From Podarcis erhardii (lineage: Eukaryota), in NCBI GenBank assembly GCA_964252035.1, contig OZ176205.1: a stretch of DNA of 64,000 nt, one strand, 5' to 3'. Positions 26,939-41,496 of the stretch are shown here, piece by piece. A program made the position numbers and the translations under genes. Numbering within the stretch: position 1 is the first letter of the stretch; each line of letters starts with the position of its first letter. The notes beneath the pieces are model-generated. The model worked only from the letters and a program-made list of their open reading frames with translations, was not told the DNA's origin and ran no database searches.

Positions 26939-27728
26939 TAAGAATAATTTTTTTATTAACCGACCAATCACATCAAATCAAACCAAATTACATAAATTCC
27001 AAATTACACAGCCAAATTTTAATTTTTTGTTGGGGGTACCCATATTTCAAGTTCCTAAGGGATCCAATCAACTTCTTGCTTCTTACTGCTGTTTTAATGT
27101 CCACAAATCTAACCTTATGATGTTCACAGTACTATCCAGTCCTTTCTTATTATTTTTCCACATCTCTTGTTGTTATTTTCATATATTTTTCCTTTCTCTT
27201 TGTGACCTCTGATAGTCTCCACAAGCTGGTTAGAACAGTTTGTAATCCTGCGTGGATATTATTTTTTTTATCCAGTAGCCATATCCAGACGTTTTCCATA
27301 TAACATCACTTCCATACATCAAAACAGTCTTAGCGTCATTAATCTTCACCAATCTGCCTCCTTTCTCAAAACCTCTGAGGAGATTCACTAGGAATGCAGT
27401 CTGAAAACAAATCCGTTCTTCCTCCCAGCTATAAATCCTTTGGCAAGATGGCGACTCCGAATTAATTGCTGCGCCATTCCCAAATGCTCTTATTGCTTCT
27501 CGGTCTCCATAAAGCATACTTTTGGTTAAAGTTTATCTCCACACAGACCTTAATCATCCTGCTTGGGTCAGTTCAACCGACGGTTCTAATGAGGAGGGGT
27601 TCTTGTAAATCACATAGAAGGAAAGTAAAAAAGGTCCCCCCCCCCCATTCAGCCCCGTTGTCAACATACCCCGCCTTTGGTGTATCTTCATTGTAAAATA
27701 TTCCTGTTTCTGCAGCCCGTTGTCTTCT
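26939..27728 (-). mobile_element. 790-bp retroposed insertion (probably a 5'-truncated L1-type 3' UTR) with 19-bp TSD
   Basis: taacagtcactttattcgt occurs at 26920-26938 and 27729-27747. The minus strand ends ..ttAATAAAaaaattattctta. Confidence 0.7.
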
Positions 27729-30700
27729 TAACAGTCACTTTATTCGTATCCCACTTTTCCAGCTGGCACACAGTCAAGCATGACAAATGCATCCACTAGA
27801 TCTCTGCATAACCAACAATTTGGTGAACAGTTGCATAATAATAAAAGTATAGAGTGCAATTCCCTCTGGCCTAGATGATAATTGGCAGGATAGCTAACAG
27901 GGCTCTCTCGGCTGGCAATAGTCCAGCTAAGACCAGGAGCAGAATGAGTGGCCCTGGTGAGGGAGAGGAGGTTAGTCCTTAGTCCCATATACCAACAGCA
28001 CAATGGGACTGACCCCGGGCACAGTGTTCATCATAAGGCACTTCTAAGCAGCAGCTTCCCTTGCTTTCCATGGCACAATAAGAAGGTATCAATCCCTTCA
28101 GACAGGGATGGAGAATCTGTGAACCTCCATAGGTGGTTGGACTCCAACTCCCATCAGCTCCAGCCAGCATGGCCAGTGCAGATGGATAAGTAGAGTTGGA
28201 GTCCAACAATGTCTGGAGAGGTTCCTCTTTCCTGCCTTGGGATATTCCCACACCCACAGTAGGAAGCGAGTCTGGACGTACTCTTTTTGCTGCTTGCAGT
28301 GAACAACTTAAGGCAATCTTCCATGGACACCCAACCTTCTCACTAAGTGGGCCTACAGTGGCAAGGAACTCTCTCCAATATGACATGGGGTATGTATATT
28401 ATGCAGAACCTTCCTTGAGCAGCTATTCTAGCACCATTTTCTTCTTTCTTTGAGTTGTCATGAGATATGGTGAACCTGGAGCCCAAGGGCTGTTTCTTCT
28501 AGATGAAATATATCCAAAATTTCCTCTCCTGGAGGTGGGGCCTTCAGCCTGGTGATCTGGCTGTATTTGGTAGGTCACGTCCATCCAGAATGCCCATCCA
28601 TCAGAAAGGGCTGGTCCATTGTTCTCCAATCCCTGTCAGCAATGTGGATCACTGGTTCCTCAACATGAGTTACAATGCCAGGGACCAGAAGCCATACACA
28701 ACTGCATCCTAGCCCTCTAGACACACCTATGAACAAGAACTACTAGCTACACTCACCTTCCTCCCAATAAATTGGTCTGAAATTTCTGAGTTCTGAAAAC
28801 ATGTCCAGCCCTTTGCTTAACTTCCAGACATGTATGAATGAGCCCCTATCAGTAAGCCAACAATGGTCAAATAAACAGACGTGGGAATGACTTTGCACCT
28901 CTCTTAATAGAGGACCGAATCAGGATTGCAAAGGAGGAAGATAGATTGCCATTTTTTTTTTTTTTACAGAGCTGGGCTAGGTTTAGGACAAGAAGAGACA
29001 ATGTGGTGACTTCCAAATGTTGTTGGACTGTGTCTCTCATTATCTCTGACCATTGGCCATGCTGGCTGGGACCAATGGAACCTGGAGTCCAGTAATAGCC
29101 ATAGGATACTCTGTGAGCTGCCCCTGGCCTAGAAGATGGTAAGTTGGTGTGTATGCTGGGGGAGCAGGGGTCAAAATTCTGGAACAGCAAAAGGGTTTCA
29201 GCAGATCTGATGTCAGGAGTTCAACAGCATAGGATCAACGGCATAGGCAGAGCTCTGCAAAGGAAAGTTGCCTAGGGCTGTCCTGTGCAAAAGCCCATCC
29301 CTCCAGGGATTAAAAATCCCACTCCTTACTTTTTACAACCCGAGGTTGGGTTCATCAATTAAAAACTGAAGTGCCGGTGGGGAAATTCCAGTCACTTTTC
29401 AGCAGTAATCATCTAATGCAGAATATGCTGCATTAGCAAGCTTTAAAAAGCCCAGGGAGCAGTGCATACAAGATGCCAGAGTGCTGTAAACACAACGGTG
29501 CCAACTCCCTTTAGCAGGAGGGAGGCCTTGGCCCTTGAGTTGATCAGAGAGAAAAGGGAAAACCAACACGTTTCCCTTACGACTTACAGCAAGCCCGCTG
29601 CAGGTAACAACAGCAAATAACTCAGTGTTGCTCAAGGTGTACAATGGAAAGGCTGTCATTAAAAATTAAAAGGGCATGGGACAGATGCAGTCCCAGCCTT
29701 AGCAATCTGCCAGCAATGTGAGATTCATTTCTGCATGTGGTACCTATTAGCTCAAGAGGGGGTTGCCTGCAGTCTCGTGGAGGGGAGATGATATTCCATT
29801 TTCCAGTATTATTTACCACTCCCAACCCTCACGCCATGGTGTAATTTGACTCTGGCTGGACACTGTAGGTGACCTGCTTCCCATGAGAACTTTTAACCTT
29901 TCATCCCAGGTCACCTGAATCTTCCCAGGACAAGATTCATTTATGTATTTATTTATTTTTTTAAGTTTTTACAACACCTTTCACGGAAGGGGGGGGAAGC
30001 CCTCTTGAGGCAGCTGACAAATAAAACATACAAAATATATAACACAATTCATTAAAAACAGCTACATTTCAAAACTTCTCCTGCTGCCTTCTTCATGTCC
30101 AATATATAGAACTTTGTCTTGGAACAGACCACACTTGAACTGTTAGCTCAGCTCTTGGCCAGTTTCCCTAAACTGATCACAGCAGTGCTTAATAAAACAC
30201 GATGAGTGTGAAAAGGCTAACACTGGAATTTATTTTTCTAAGTGAGAAAGGGATTAGCCTTAAAGTCCGATGCTGGCTGCAAGTTTGCCTCATCTGGCAA
30301 AATGCAAGCCTCTTCTTTTTGGGTCTTCCCCTATAAAACACAACTGTATTTAGCTGGGCACCTCCTAGGAGACATTTTCTTGACAGCAGAAGCAAGGAGG
30401 ATGCAGTTTAATCCTTCAAGCTCCTGGTTTTAGGGGCCTTCTTGATGGCTTTTAAACACTTGCTCTTGGCAGCCATGGTGTCACTGAGCACAGCACTTAA
30501 TCTTCTGTTTAACTTTAATCATGTGCTTTAGCTCCATTGAGTAAATGGGGCCTAATTCCCATGTTTAAATTAAATGCATGCTTAAGTAACTTCCTAAATG
30601 AGGACTGCTGTCATGAAGCAAGGCTTCTTTGATCTACAGTACCCTTTCAAATTAGTTACTCAGGGGCATATGTGGGGGGAATCTGCATTCCCCCATTTAG

Positions 30701-31184
30701 GCAACTTACTACTCTATTCCCCAAGCCATACAATTCTAAAATCTGGTGCCAAGTCTTTGACAACAGTGTGTCATGTTTGAGCAGAAAAGCACTCTGTTTC
30801 CTTTGGTTTGTTGGGGTGGGATTCTTGATTTGTTTTGGTTTTTTGTTTGCTTATTTAATCCCAGGACTGGTTACAAAAGCATCCCAATTAAAACAGGTAC
30901 AATTTACAATAAAGTCCTAAAATAAAACCACAGAGCCAATATGTTAACAAAACAGCAGCACAGAGCAGCAATATCTAGCACTGGCCTGGCTGTCTCTGTT
31001 TCCTGGCCAGGCCAGGCAGGCCAAACACATATCTGGGTTTGCTTGTTACCTCCAGCAATGACATAAACAGCAAATCAGGGAGGAGTTCCAAAACTGTTGG
31101 ACACAGCTGACTCGGCAAAAATGCCTCAACAATAGCAATGTCTTCTATAGACATGGATTGCACAGGTGGGGTGTTCAACAAATT

Positions 31185-31348
31185 CATAGAATTGTAGAGT
31201 TGGAAGGGACTCTGGGGGTCATGTATTCCAACCCCCTGAAATGCAGGAATATCAACTAAAGCATCTGTAACAGATGGCCATCCAGCTTCTGCTTAAAAAC
31301 TTCCAGGGAAGGAGAGTCTACCACCTCCCATGGGCGAGTGTTCTACTT
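31185..31348 (-). mobile_element. CR1 LINE 3' fragment
   Basis: catagaattgtagagttggaagggac..cagatggccatccagcttctgcttaaaaacttccagggaaggagagtctaccacc. Confidence 0.7.
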
Positions 31349-31798
31349 TCCTCTGCCAACTCAGATGAGTCTCTCACCACTCTGAGCAGCCTGCCCTCCC
31401 CAAGAAGGAAAATGAACACAATCCTCTCTGAAAAACTCTAATTTCGACAAGCTCAGGAAGAAAACAGGATAGTTCTGGTCACTATTGCACGTACAATATT
31501 GATGTAAGCAACTTAATCTGTATGTCAGTTGTTTGACTTTTGCTTTCAGTCAAAAGCTGTTCCTTCCAGAACTGGTGAAATATATTATTCACCATTTTAT
31601 ACTTATTCACCATTTTATACTTCATTTTATACACACACACTTCAATCAGCCAGGAGGATCTTCATAATGTTTAGCAAGCTTTGGAATGTCAACAGAGAAA
31701 GTAGCCTTTGATATTTGACAAGACAAGATATTTGACATTCACCTGGCATTGAGGTCCTCCTTTTTATCCATTTGTTTGGATAGTCTACATCTAATCAG

Positions 31799-32048
31799 CA
31801 AGGGTCAGCAACCTTTTTCAGCCGTGGGCCGGTCCACTGTCCCTCAGACCATGAGGTGGGCTGGACTATATTTGGGGGGGGGCAATGAATGAATTCCTAT
31901 GCCCCACAAATAACCCAGAGATGCATTTTAAATAAAAGGACACATTCTACTCATGTAAAAACACACTGATTCCCAGACCATCCACAGGCCGGACTGAGAA
32001 GGCGATTGGGCCGCATGCGGCCCATGGGCCTTAGGTTGCCTACCCCTG
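31799..32048. mobile_element. hAT (Charlie-like) MITE
   Basis: Imperfect TIR caagggtcagcaacct/aggttgcctacccctg. The 8-mer gtctacat is on both sides, but the left copy is offset by 8 nt. Confidence 0.75.
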
Positions 32049-32236
32049 GTCTACATATTTTAATCTAGCTACATGCTAGCTGTGCAAACAATGAGGGAAA
32101 TGCACTGAGAACATCAACACTACAAATCCCGCTATTAACATTATGTTTATCTAAGTCTGTTTCTTTCATAATAATGGTTGGTCGATAAGGCAATGACTAT
32201 CCTCAACATTACTCAGGATAAAAACCTAACACATAG

Positions 32237-32435
32237 ACGGTGGCTCAGTGGCAGAGCATCTATTTGCAAGAAAATCATCCTAGGTTAAATCCCCAGCGTC
32301 TCCAGGTGGAGTTGGGGAAAGTTTCCTGCCAGAAATCCTAGAGAGCTGCTATCAGTCAGTGGAGACTGAGCTAGATAGACCAATACTGAGCTAGATGGAC
32401 CAATGGTCTGACTTGGTATAAGGCAGCTTCCTATG
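32237..32435 (+). mobile_element. tRNA-derived squamate SINE (Squam3-like)
   Basis: tggctcagtggcagagc A-box, ggttaaatcc B-box-like, 3' end ggtctgacttggtataaggcagcttcctatg, with an internal 20-bp duplication. Confidence 0.7.
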
Positions 32436-33442
32436 CTGCTGTGGCAGAGTCTTGCTTTAAGGACCCTATGGAACTGGACTGCCCACACGTGTCCAATATA
32501 TGATGGCAAAGCATAGTGGCCTGGCCACAGCACCCATCACTATTTGGATTCTTTCAGACAACCCAGTTCTGTGGGGACCTGAACCTATGGCAAGGTGGAA
32601 ATGGCCATCAGAAGAACCCACCTTGGGAAAACATATATTTGGTGCAAGGCCGGATGCTCAACACCAATGAATCCCTGGCAGGGAAGCGCAGAACTGTATT
32701 ACATGACATTTTGTGTTGCCCTTGCAACATGCACCTTTCTAATCTGACAGAGCTAACTGCTGGTATTACCCTGGATTGTGAGGCCAATATCAATTGTAAA
32801 GTAGCTTTCCTTTTCCTCTCTTTAGCTATTCTCCTTCCAAAGAGAGCAGTGCTTTCCCCTCCCCCCTGAATGACTCAGACAAGAGAGAAGCTGCCTAATG
32901 GTAAAAGACAAGCATCTGGTTCAATGCAAGGACGGTCATCATAATAAGCTATTGTTGAAGCATCAACACAAAAATTAGAAAAGATGCCCAGCTGTGCAGC
33001 TGGGTTGGAGCAAAGTAGCGTAGCCTTGGAAACATTTCCTGAGTATAGGACTTCAGACACAGTTAGACAGGCAGCCGCCTCTGGGCTAAGGCCTAATGAA
33101 AATAATGGATTGGCCTCCCTTCTCTAGGAAGAAAGCAACCCAAGCTTTGCCACTGCATTAGCTTTAAATACTCTTGCTCTTTTAGACTAGCCTTCCCCAA
33201 CCTGGTGCCCACTAGATGTTTTAGACTCCCATCAGCCCCAGACAACATAGCATTATCCAGAGAGTCACAGGTTTCCCACCCCAGCCACAGAGCGTTACAA
33301 TGGGCATACCAGGCAGGGGCTGGGGTCTTAGATGCTGACAGATGGACCGGTAATACTTCCTGGAGTCACAGCCCCCATGCATGTATCAAATAGCAAGCAA
33401 TGGAGGAAAGTAGCTTGTAATAGCTCCAGAGGCACATATCAC

Positions 33443-33753
33443 ACCCTCCAACATTTCTCCAATAAAAATAGGGACATCCTATTCCATAATAAAAATTTTA
33501 CTATTTATATCCCGCCCATCTGACTGGGTTGCCCCAGCTACTCTCAGTGGCTTCCAACATATGTAAAAACATAATAAAACATTAAACATTTTAAAAACTT
33601 CCCTTCAGATGGCTCAAGGGTTGGACAACTCCATACCCTCCAACATTTCTCTGATGAAGGAATAGCGGGACATTCCAGTATCAAATCAGAAGCAGGGACA
33701 GCTTTTGAAAATATGGGACTTTCCCTGGAAAGTAGGGACACTTGGAAGATCTG
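33443..33753 (+). repeat. Unclassified composite dispersed repeat (other copies 48210-48523 + and 52471-52612 -)
   Basis: Two ccctccaacatttctc..atgaa/aatagggac units flank an L2-tail-like segment, ending gggacacttgga(g)g(g)tctg. Three copies in the window. Confidence 0.7.
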
Positions 33754-36097
33754 AGAGAGCATCTTCAAAGCATTGGTGTTGGGTGTTGGTTTTTTTCCAA
33801 AGCAGTACAGAAACAAAAAATTTGCAAGCTCAGCTATTCCATCCTTGAGGGCAGATTAAAAAAACAAACTATCTGAGGTTTCTTTTAAGATGCATGTGTA
33901 GATAAGCTGCAGATAAACTGCCACAATCCCAGTGGCTGAATGTTAGAAAGCAATAACACCAGACAGAAAGAGTCTAATCTGGAATAAGGCAGCTCTATAG
34001 GTTCCTAAATCACCTCTAGAGAAAGCCACTTCAGACAAAGGCAAAAGGAACTTCTCTGGATCCCTTCCACTTCCATATGGCCCTTCGGTATTTGTCTGAA
34101 GTGGCTCACAGGCTGGCCCATGCACCAGAGTGGCAGACAAAGCCACAAATCAGTGAAGCTCCTATTAAAGTCAGCCTAGCCTTGCCTCCATGAATCACTA
34201 CCTTGAAGGTGGCACCGTGATAACATCACTAATCAGGAGGGAATAGTCAGAGGATGAACTGTGCACTGTGAATTATAATGGCTGCAAAATTTTATAGGCC
34301 CTGCTTATTGGGACTTATGGGCCACTGTGTAGCTCATGGCTGAATCCTGTGAATGGAGCAGTTGTGCGGCTCCACAGGGGGTATATTTTTGACTGCCAGG
34401 CATAAGTCACTTCCAGATGTTGTCTCACAAGAATGAAACAAAATGGCTCTCTCTAAGCTAGCCTCTCTCCATTTGCTTTATGTTCTTTTCAGAAGCCTGC
34501 CACTGGCTAGACAGATTCAGTAAGTGATGGTGCTAGAGGATGCCAGCACAATTGATGCCCACGAGGGTTGTAGCCAGAGTAGGAGCCAAGGGTCACACTA
34601 CCCCATTTGAGCACTGGTTTGTTCCAGTTCAGAGGGGGGGTTGTGTGTGTGTGTCAGGCATTGAAATAGAAATTACAGTTCGCAATTTCAATTTTAAAAG
34701 CCTCTTTTAAAGAAAATGCATAACTGGAACAAATCAGTGCTCAAGGCGGGGCAGTGCATCCATTGCTTGTTTTTAGAATAGGAACGTTTCTAGCTGCTGC
34801 CACTCAAAAGTGACCAGCATATCAAGCCCCACCAACGTGACTCAACACAGCTCTGCTTATCCAAAACATCCCCTGACTCAGAGTAGACCATTTCCAAATG
34901 AGCTATTGCCCTAACCATGCTTATCATCACCCTGGGGAAAGTGTGTCAGTAGGACAATGGGTAACATGAGACTGTTTTTATTTATTCAAGAAAGGTGTGC
35001 ATTAGAAAAGTTAATGAATGTTTGAAAAATGTTCTTATTAAGCTTATGACAAATGTATCTCACCCTTCCTGCAAGGAGACATTATTCATGAATCTCCCTC
35101 CATGTTATCCTCACAACGATCCCAAGGAGAGATAGTGACTGGCCCGAGATAACCCAGTGAGCTTTGTGGTTGAGTGGGGATTTTTACCTGGGTATCCCCA
35201 CTCACACCCTGTCTTTGGCCCCATCTGCACTATGCATTTAAAGCAGTATCATACCACTCTAAACAGTCATGAATCTTGGAAATGATTGTTTGGCAAGGGT
35301 TCTGAGAATTCTTAGGAGACCTCCTAGTGCTGTCACAGAGCTCCAATTGATTAGTCTTTGCAAGATACATTTTCTGCCATTAGGGCTGCTACATGGTGCA
35401 GTTGTACAGAGCAGGAAGGGAAGGGAAAGGAAAGTGTGTCTAGGTAGCAGATTCCTGCATATTTTTGTGCCACAGGGATATCTGATCATGAGTGACTTCA
35501 AACAGCTATGCCACCTTCTGCTTTCTAAGAACCCTGGTTCAGCAGCACTGGAGTCCAGGAGGAGAGGGCTTTTAATTCATTTCCCTTTCCTATGGAAATG
35601 CTTTTCAGCCTACTCACTTGCATGTTTATTCATTTATAGGATTTATAATCTGCTTTTTGGAAACCATGCTCCACAAAGCAGCTCACATATATAAATGACA
35701 AATCCAAGTCCAAGTACAATATAAAACCATTTTAAACCATTATTTTAAACCATTTCATAACAACCCTAAAAGCCTAACCAGTGCAGAAGCAGAACTAAAA
35801 TGTAGTAGAAGTAAAACTCAGATGGATCCTTCCATTACAACAGTCCTTGTTTATAGCCGTTTCTTCTGATATGAAGCAACGAGGGCCTTGGGACTTTTAT
35901 TGTTTCATCATAATCTGGGAGGAAAGTTGCCTGCAAGGGAACCATGGGCCACAGTTTGGAGAACCACTGGCACATCCCATGTATATGAAACAGATTCGGC
36001 ACTGGCACAACATACCAAAAGTACACTCATATCAAAATTGAGCTGCAATGCTGAAACTGGTGGTGTGATAGGTTTCAGACTGTTATCCATGGAGGTA

Positions 36098-36339
36098 CAG
36101 TGGTACCTCAGGTTAAGAACTTAATTCATTCTGGAGGTCCGTTCTTAACATGAAACTGTTCTTAACCTGAAGCACCACTTTAGCTAATGGGGCCTCCTGT
36201 TGCCACCGCGCCGCCAGAGCATGATTTCTGTTCACATCCTGAAGCAAAGTTCTTAACCTGAGGTACTATTTCTGGGTTAGCGGAGTCTGTAACCTGAAGC
36301 GTCTTTAACCTGAAGCGTCTTTAACCTGAGGTACCACTG
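36098..36339. mobile_element. Tc1/mariner-type MITE
   Basis: TIR cagtggtacctc/gaggtaccactg, TA TSD on both sides, internal ttaacctgaa repeats. Confidence 0.88.
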
Positions 36340-39300
36340 TAAATGAATGATTGTGACTGTTATTACACCCAGGGTGGGGGGGAAATCGCACTCCGTTCAG
36401 GATTGTGAACTTAGCCATATGATTACAAGGGTCAAGTGAAATTCTATCACACAATCACAACCATCACCTGGAGTTACAATCATGGATCTATGGGTGCATT
36501 ATACACAGCTTCTGAACAATAAAATGCACTTCATTGCAAGTTATCTGCACACCATGGTAAGTCCTAGAACCTGTTTTCAGAGCCGGCGCATGAGAGCTGT
36601 GGGGAACCGGTCCAGCTGTATCGGCTCATATAGTGAGGCACGCATATCCATTCTCTTCTTTTCAGTCTGGATCTGTGTTTTGCATATTGCAAACATAAAT
36701 ACTGCAGCATGTACAACAATATGTCAAACTCCAGTTCTGGGCTGAATTCAGCACGTGGCTCAATATTTCCTTGCCATGGGCTGATGGAACTGGAAATTCA
36801 GTATGGTCAGAGCTTTTGTCCACATTTGCAATGCACTGAAGTAGCCACACAGACACCTGCATATTCCTCTGTTTTCTTGAAAAGACAAGAGGCTGTGAGT
36901 TTCCATGAAGTCCTGGTGTTGGGGGGCAAGTGGCTTTCATACTATTTTCCCAATCAAAAGCTTCTCCCCACACAGCTTTGGACCCCGAGATGAGAAAGAT
37001 ACTGGTACGTTTCTCCCCCCCCCCCCCGCCCACAGGATGAAAAGCAGCTGGAGGGGAGAGGCTGAACAGAAAAAGAGATGGGAGGGGAAGAGTTAGGCAG
37101 CCACATCTTCCACGGGAATCTGCTTCTGGCAAAATAAAGAAAAAGTCAGAAATATATATGTGACTGCATATAATGCGTTGTTTGGACCCAAGAAGCTATG
37201 AGGATATACTTAGTGAAGGCGTCCCAAATATATGACTGCAATGGGGGGTGTTGAATGGGTAAATCAATTATTTGCTTGCCAACAGACATCACTTGCAGGA
37301 GCATTTCCAAAAAATACACTGTAGTTCAGCCACAGGTTAATGGGCCGAATGCAAGAATTATGGGTGAATTTCTCTACTTTGTGCTACACGGAAGATTAGA
37401 AAACTCATGTTCACAATGCTTCCTTCTGACCTTAAAATCTATGAACATGATAAAGGGGAAAGTTTTATGCTGCAGTTAAGCCTTCCTGAGTAAATAACAG
37501 GAACATTAAGAAAAACAGATGGGATGAAGAAATGATCTATTTGGGAGACCAAAAAACGATTCCTCGGCTGATGGTTTCATTTGCAGTGTGAAAGTCTTGT
37601 TGAAAGCATGTATCCCTGCCCCACTTTGAGGTCTCATCTCCCTCTTGCAAACCAGAAGACTTCTGCTGCCACTGTCACTGCCGTTATTATTGTTTACATC
37701 TTACATTTGCTTGGGGAATAACAATCTAACACATCAGGCACCTCCATGGCACCTTCTGCTCTCTACCTTCCCACCCTCGTCCTTCTTAGTGTAAACAGCT
37801 TTGTGAGTTTCATGTGGAATTTATTAAATTCAGGAAAATCCAGCTGAGGGCATTGTGTGCCACACTCTATTTTAAGCACTTGATTTTATTTTATTCTTTT
37901 TTTAAAAAAAAAAAAGTGGAAGAAATTTACTGCTGAATCTTTCTTTGCAAGAGAATGGTTATTGTTTGGATTAATGGTAGCTTTCACAGCTGCAATCAAG
38001 GGAAGTTTGGCCGCTACCAGACTGCCCTGGGCTTTATGCAGACTCAAGAGTGTGCAGAAGGAAAGTTACTGATAGAAGACTCTGCTGAAGCTTAAAGGGG
38101 AAATCCAGGAGCCTGATCCAGCTAAATCCCATTAAAAGCAATGAGGCTTCCTTTACTCATGACCAACACTCTACTTATTTCCATGGGACAAAAGTTTCTT
38201 CCATTCTTTTAGCTACGTAAAATGAATGCACCCAGTGGGGCAGCATCACGATGGCAGGCTCTGGTCCTGATGTACGTATCCGTATCATCAGGGCTGGCCC
38301 ATCCATGAAGCAAGGTGGGGCGACCACTTCAGGAAGCAGGATCCACAGGGGCAGCAGATCTGGCCTCCAAGGAATGCATAGCCTGGTGGTGCTGCTACAG
38401 TGACAACAACAGCTGCAGCACCCCTTGCAGGCTGGATCTGCTTTCTTCTAGGCACCCCACCTCCCCCCGTGCTACCTCTACAGCAGCCTCTTGGAAACAG
38501 CAGGCACAACTGGTCTCCTCCCACCCTTGTAGATCTTTATTCTGTGGCCATGCTCATCATAGTGTTTAAAAAGATCCTTGTGCGTATGACTGTACTCTTA
38601 CAGGCTTCTCATTGGCTTCTGGTGGCCACTCTGGGGACAGAATGTTGGACTAGACCCAGCAGGGCTCTTCTTATATTACATTATATTCTTCTTCATGCAT
38701 CCAGCAGCCCACTTTTCCAGAGCCCTCCATGGATACAGTTGGAAGCACAATGACCACATGTTAGTTAGGAGCAGAGCTTCTCCCATACACACATTCAAAA
38801 ACATGTGGAGAGACTTTAGTCATGACTAGCTTTAGTTGGACTGGGACATATTACAGTGACAACCTCTCAAACAGAGCTAAGCAAAACAAACATTTTAAAC
38901 ATAATCAGAGACAAAACTTGTTGAGAGAGGAATTCAAGTGTCAACTCATAAAACTATTCTGCATCAGCACAAGACAGATTCATTCCAATGGCTTTGGGGC
39001 CAGCAGAGCATTCGAAAGGACCAAGGTGTGCACATCACAGAAAGATCAAAATCATGTGGATGCTTTGGAATTTGTTGTGCAACTCTTGGCTTTCCAACAA
39101 GGGGAAGCAGCAACACAAAACTATGGGCGAGTTAACCCTTTTATTCCTAGCCCAGATACCACAGGCTCTGGTTATGAGCTCGCAGCACTTAAAAAAACAG
39201 GCATGTTATGAAATGTGTTCCAAACCAGTTGGTCACAACACCTTTCCCAATAAGATTGAAGTCATTGGCTTCAGAGCACAACCCATCCATCATAGGTCAC

Positions 39301-41288
39301 CAAAATGGTGCCCTTCAGATGTTGTTGGACTACAGCTCACATCATCCTTGATCATGGGCGTTGCTGATTGGGGCTGATGTGAGCTGGAGTCCAAGAATTT
39401 CTAGGGTGGGGGGAGGCATCTTGTGGGCTGTCCCGTCCTAGGATCTGCACTCTACCATGTATGAAACATGTCCCAGCTCTATACTAGTGTGCAACCAGAC
39501 CATAGTATGTAGATACAGAAACACTTTTTATTTATCTCTTTAACTGTTAAACATTGATCATTAAAATAGTCTCTTTGAATGCAAGAACAAAGAGACCATT
39601 AATTAAAAGAACACTAGTGATTTCAAGCAGGTAGCTTCCTATTAAATGTATGCCTGTTGAGAGTACAAGGGGACAAAAAAAGAAACAAATGAGTCATTTA
39701 CTGAGCTATCAGATGGGGGGGTGGGGTCATCATAACTAACCTCCCCAAGAGCCCCGTGGTTCCAATTTGCAATGAACCATGTTCAGAATTGCAGGCCTCA
39801 TCCATTGGCTTTATCATCTTTCAAATCTCATTAACTCATTTATCAAAACTCAGTATGTTCCTCATCAAGACTTACAGCAGGGTCACAGATCATAGCACGG
39901 CGGGTGAGGGTGAAAAGAACTGAAGCTATATTTTAATGAAACAGAAGTTGGAAAAAAGATATATACCCGTACTTTGACTCATGCTGACCTTTTTTGGTTT
40001 AATTAATTAATTTTAACTTTCTGGAGAAGTTTGGGGGCTGGTTACTTGGCAAGATCAGCAGGCGGCATGGAAGTTACTTAGGAACATAGAAAGGAACTTA
40101 TACTCCCTTGCTCTGTTTATCCATATAACCCAGTATTTTCTATTATGACTGGCAGCCCTTCTTCAGGATCTCATTACTTGGTGTTGGGCACTTTTAACTG
40201 GAGATACCAGAGATTCAAAGTGGGACCTTTTTGCATGCAAAACATGTGCTCTAGCCACCAAGGTGTTTAGAAGGAAACAGCTTCAGGAGCCACAGGTCAA
40301 GGTTTCACTGATATAAATTAACCAGCTCTTCCTATCATAGCTGTGTGTCTACCTGAAAGGCAAGAACTCAACCACTGGAGATGGATGAACCATTTGCCGA
40401 GTTCACCACAGGATTGTGGTTCTGCACCCCTGCACTGGAAGATAAAAGGTTGAAGATAAGAGAGAACAGACAGGCCTGTTTTGATGGTCACGTATTGTTG
40501 TGTAAAAGTCCAAATCTGGAGTTGACCAGCAAGGAGTTATATAGGTTTTGCGGCCAATCAGGATGTAGTAGATCCTGCAACAAATTGGGGAGTGGGGCAG
40601 AATCAGGAGAGTCCTGCCCCTTCTGATTCTGCCAAGGCTGGTGACTCTGCCAGCCTTCTCACCATTCACACAGTGAGCTGAGACTGTAATAGCTCTCAAG
40701 CTCATTGCTTAATGTAAAAAAATAAATCAGCTGAAGATGAATTGCTCAAACCTGAAGTAATCAAATGCGTACTAATTAACATTAGAAATGAAACAAACCA
40801 AGTGTGAATTAATTCAAGTTCAAATGCAAAATCTGTAAGCAAAATCAAATGAACATCAAAAGCTCAATTATTTTCAAGTCTCAGGTCTTCTCTTCCCAGA
40901 TCCTGCATTAGAAAATTGGTTCTCTCCATCTGTATAAACTCATGAGTATTATTCTAATTGGCCATGGGTAGTGCTCAACCACTGGGTGGCCTCAGGTAGG
41001 ATATCTGGTTGGTTATTATACCACTTCCTGTTCCAAATAATGTTTACCTGCCTTTAACAACTCTATAGCAAGGAGAAGTGAAGGAGATACACTTTCTCCT
41101 ATCACATCAGGAACCTAAGTAGCTGCCTTACACTGAGTCAGACCACTGGTATATTGTTGATACTGGCACCTCTCCAATGTTTCAGAAGGGAGTCATTCTA
41201 GCCCTACCTGGAGAACCTTGGATCCTCTGCATGTAAACCACATTGTAGCAGTGGCAGGAGAAGCAGGAGATCCTGTGGCCCTCCAGAT

Positions 41289-41448
41289 ATTTATCTACTT
41301 GCACTGGGGTGCTTTCAAACTGCTAGGTTGGCAGAAGCTGGGACAGAGCAATGGGAGCTCACTCCATCACGGGGATTTCAACCACCAACCTTCTGATCAG
41401 CAAGCCCAAGAGGCTCAGTGGTTTAGACCACAGCACCACCCACATCCC
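41289..41448 (-). mobile_element. Sauria SINE 5' half (tRNA-like head)
   Basis: Reverse complement of ggga(tg)tgggtggtgctgtggtctaaacc..cctagcagtttgaaagc..gtgcaagtagataaat. Confidence 0.85.
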
Positions 41449-41496
41449 CATCCCCATTTACCTTTTACCTGCTGAACTATAACTCCCATCATCCCT

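Noticed and set aside
31585-31632. 18-bp tandem duplication (similar ones at about 11682-11708 and 57346-57384)
   Set aside because: Ordinary slippage duplications.
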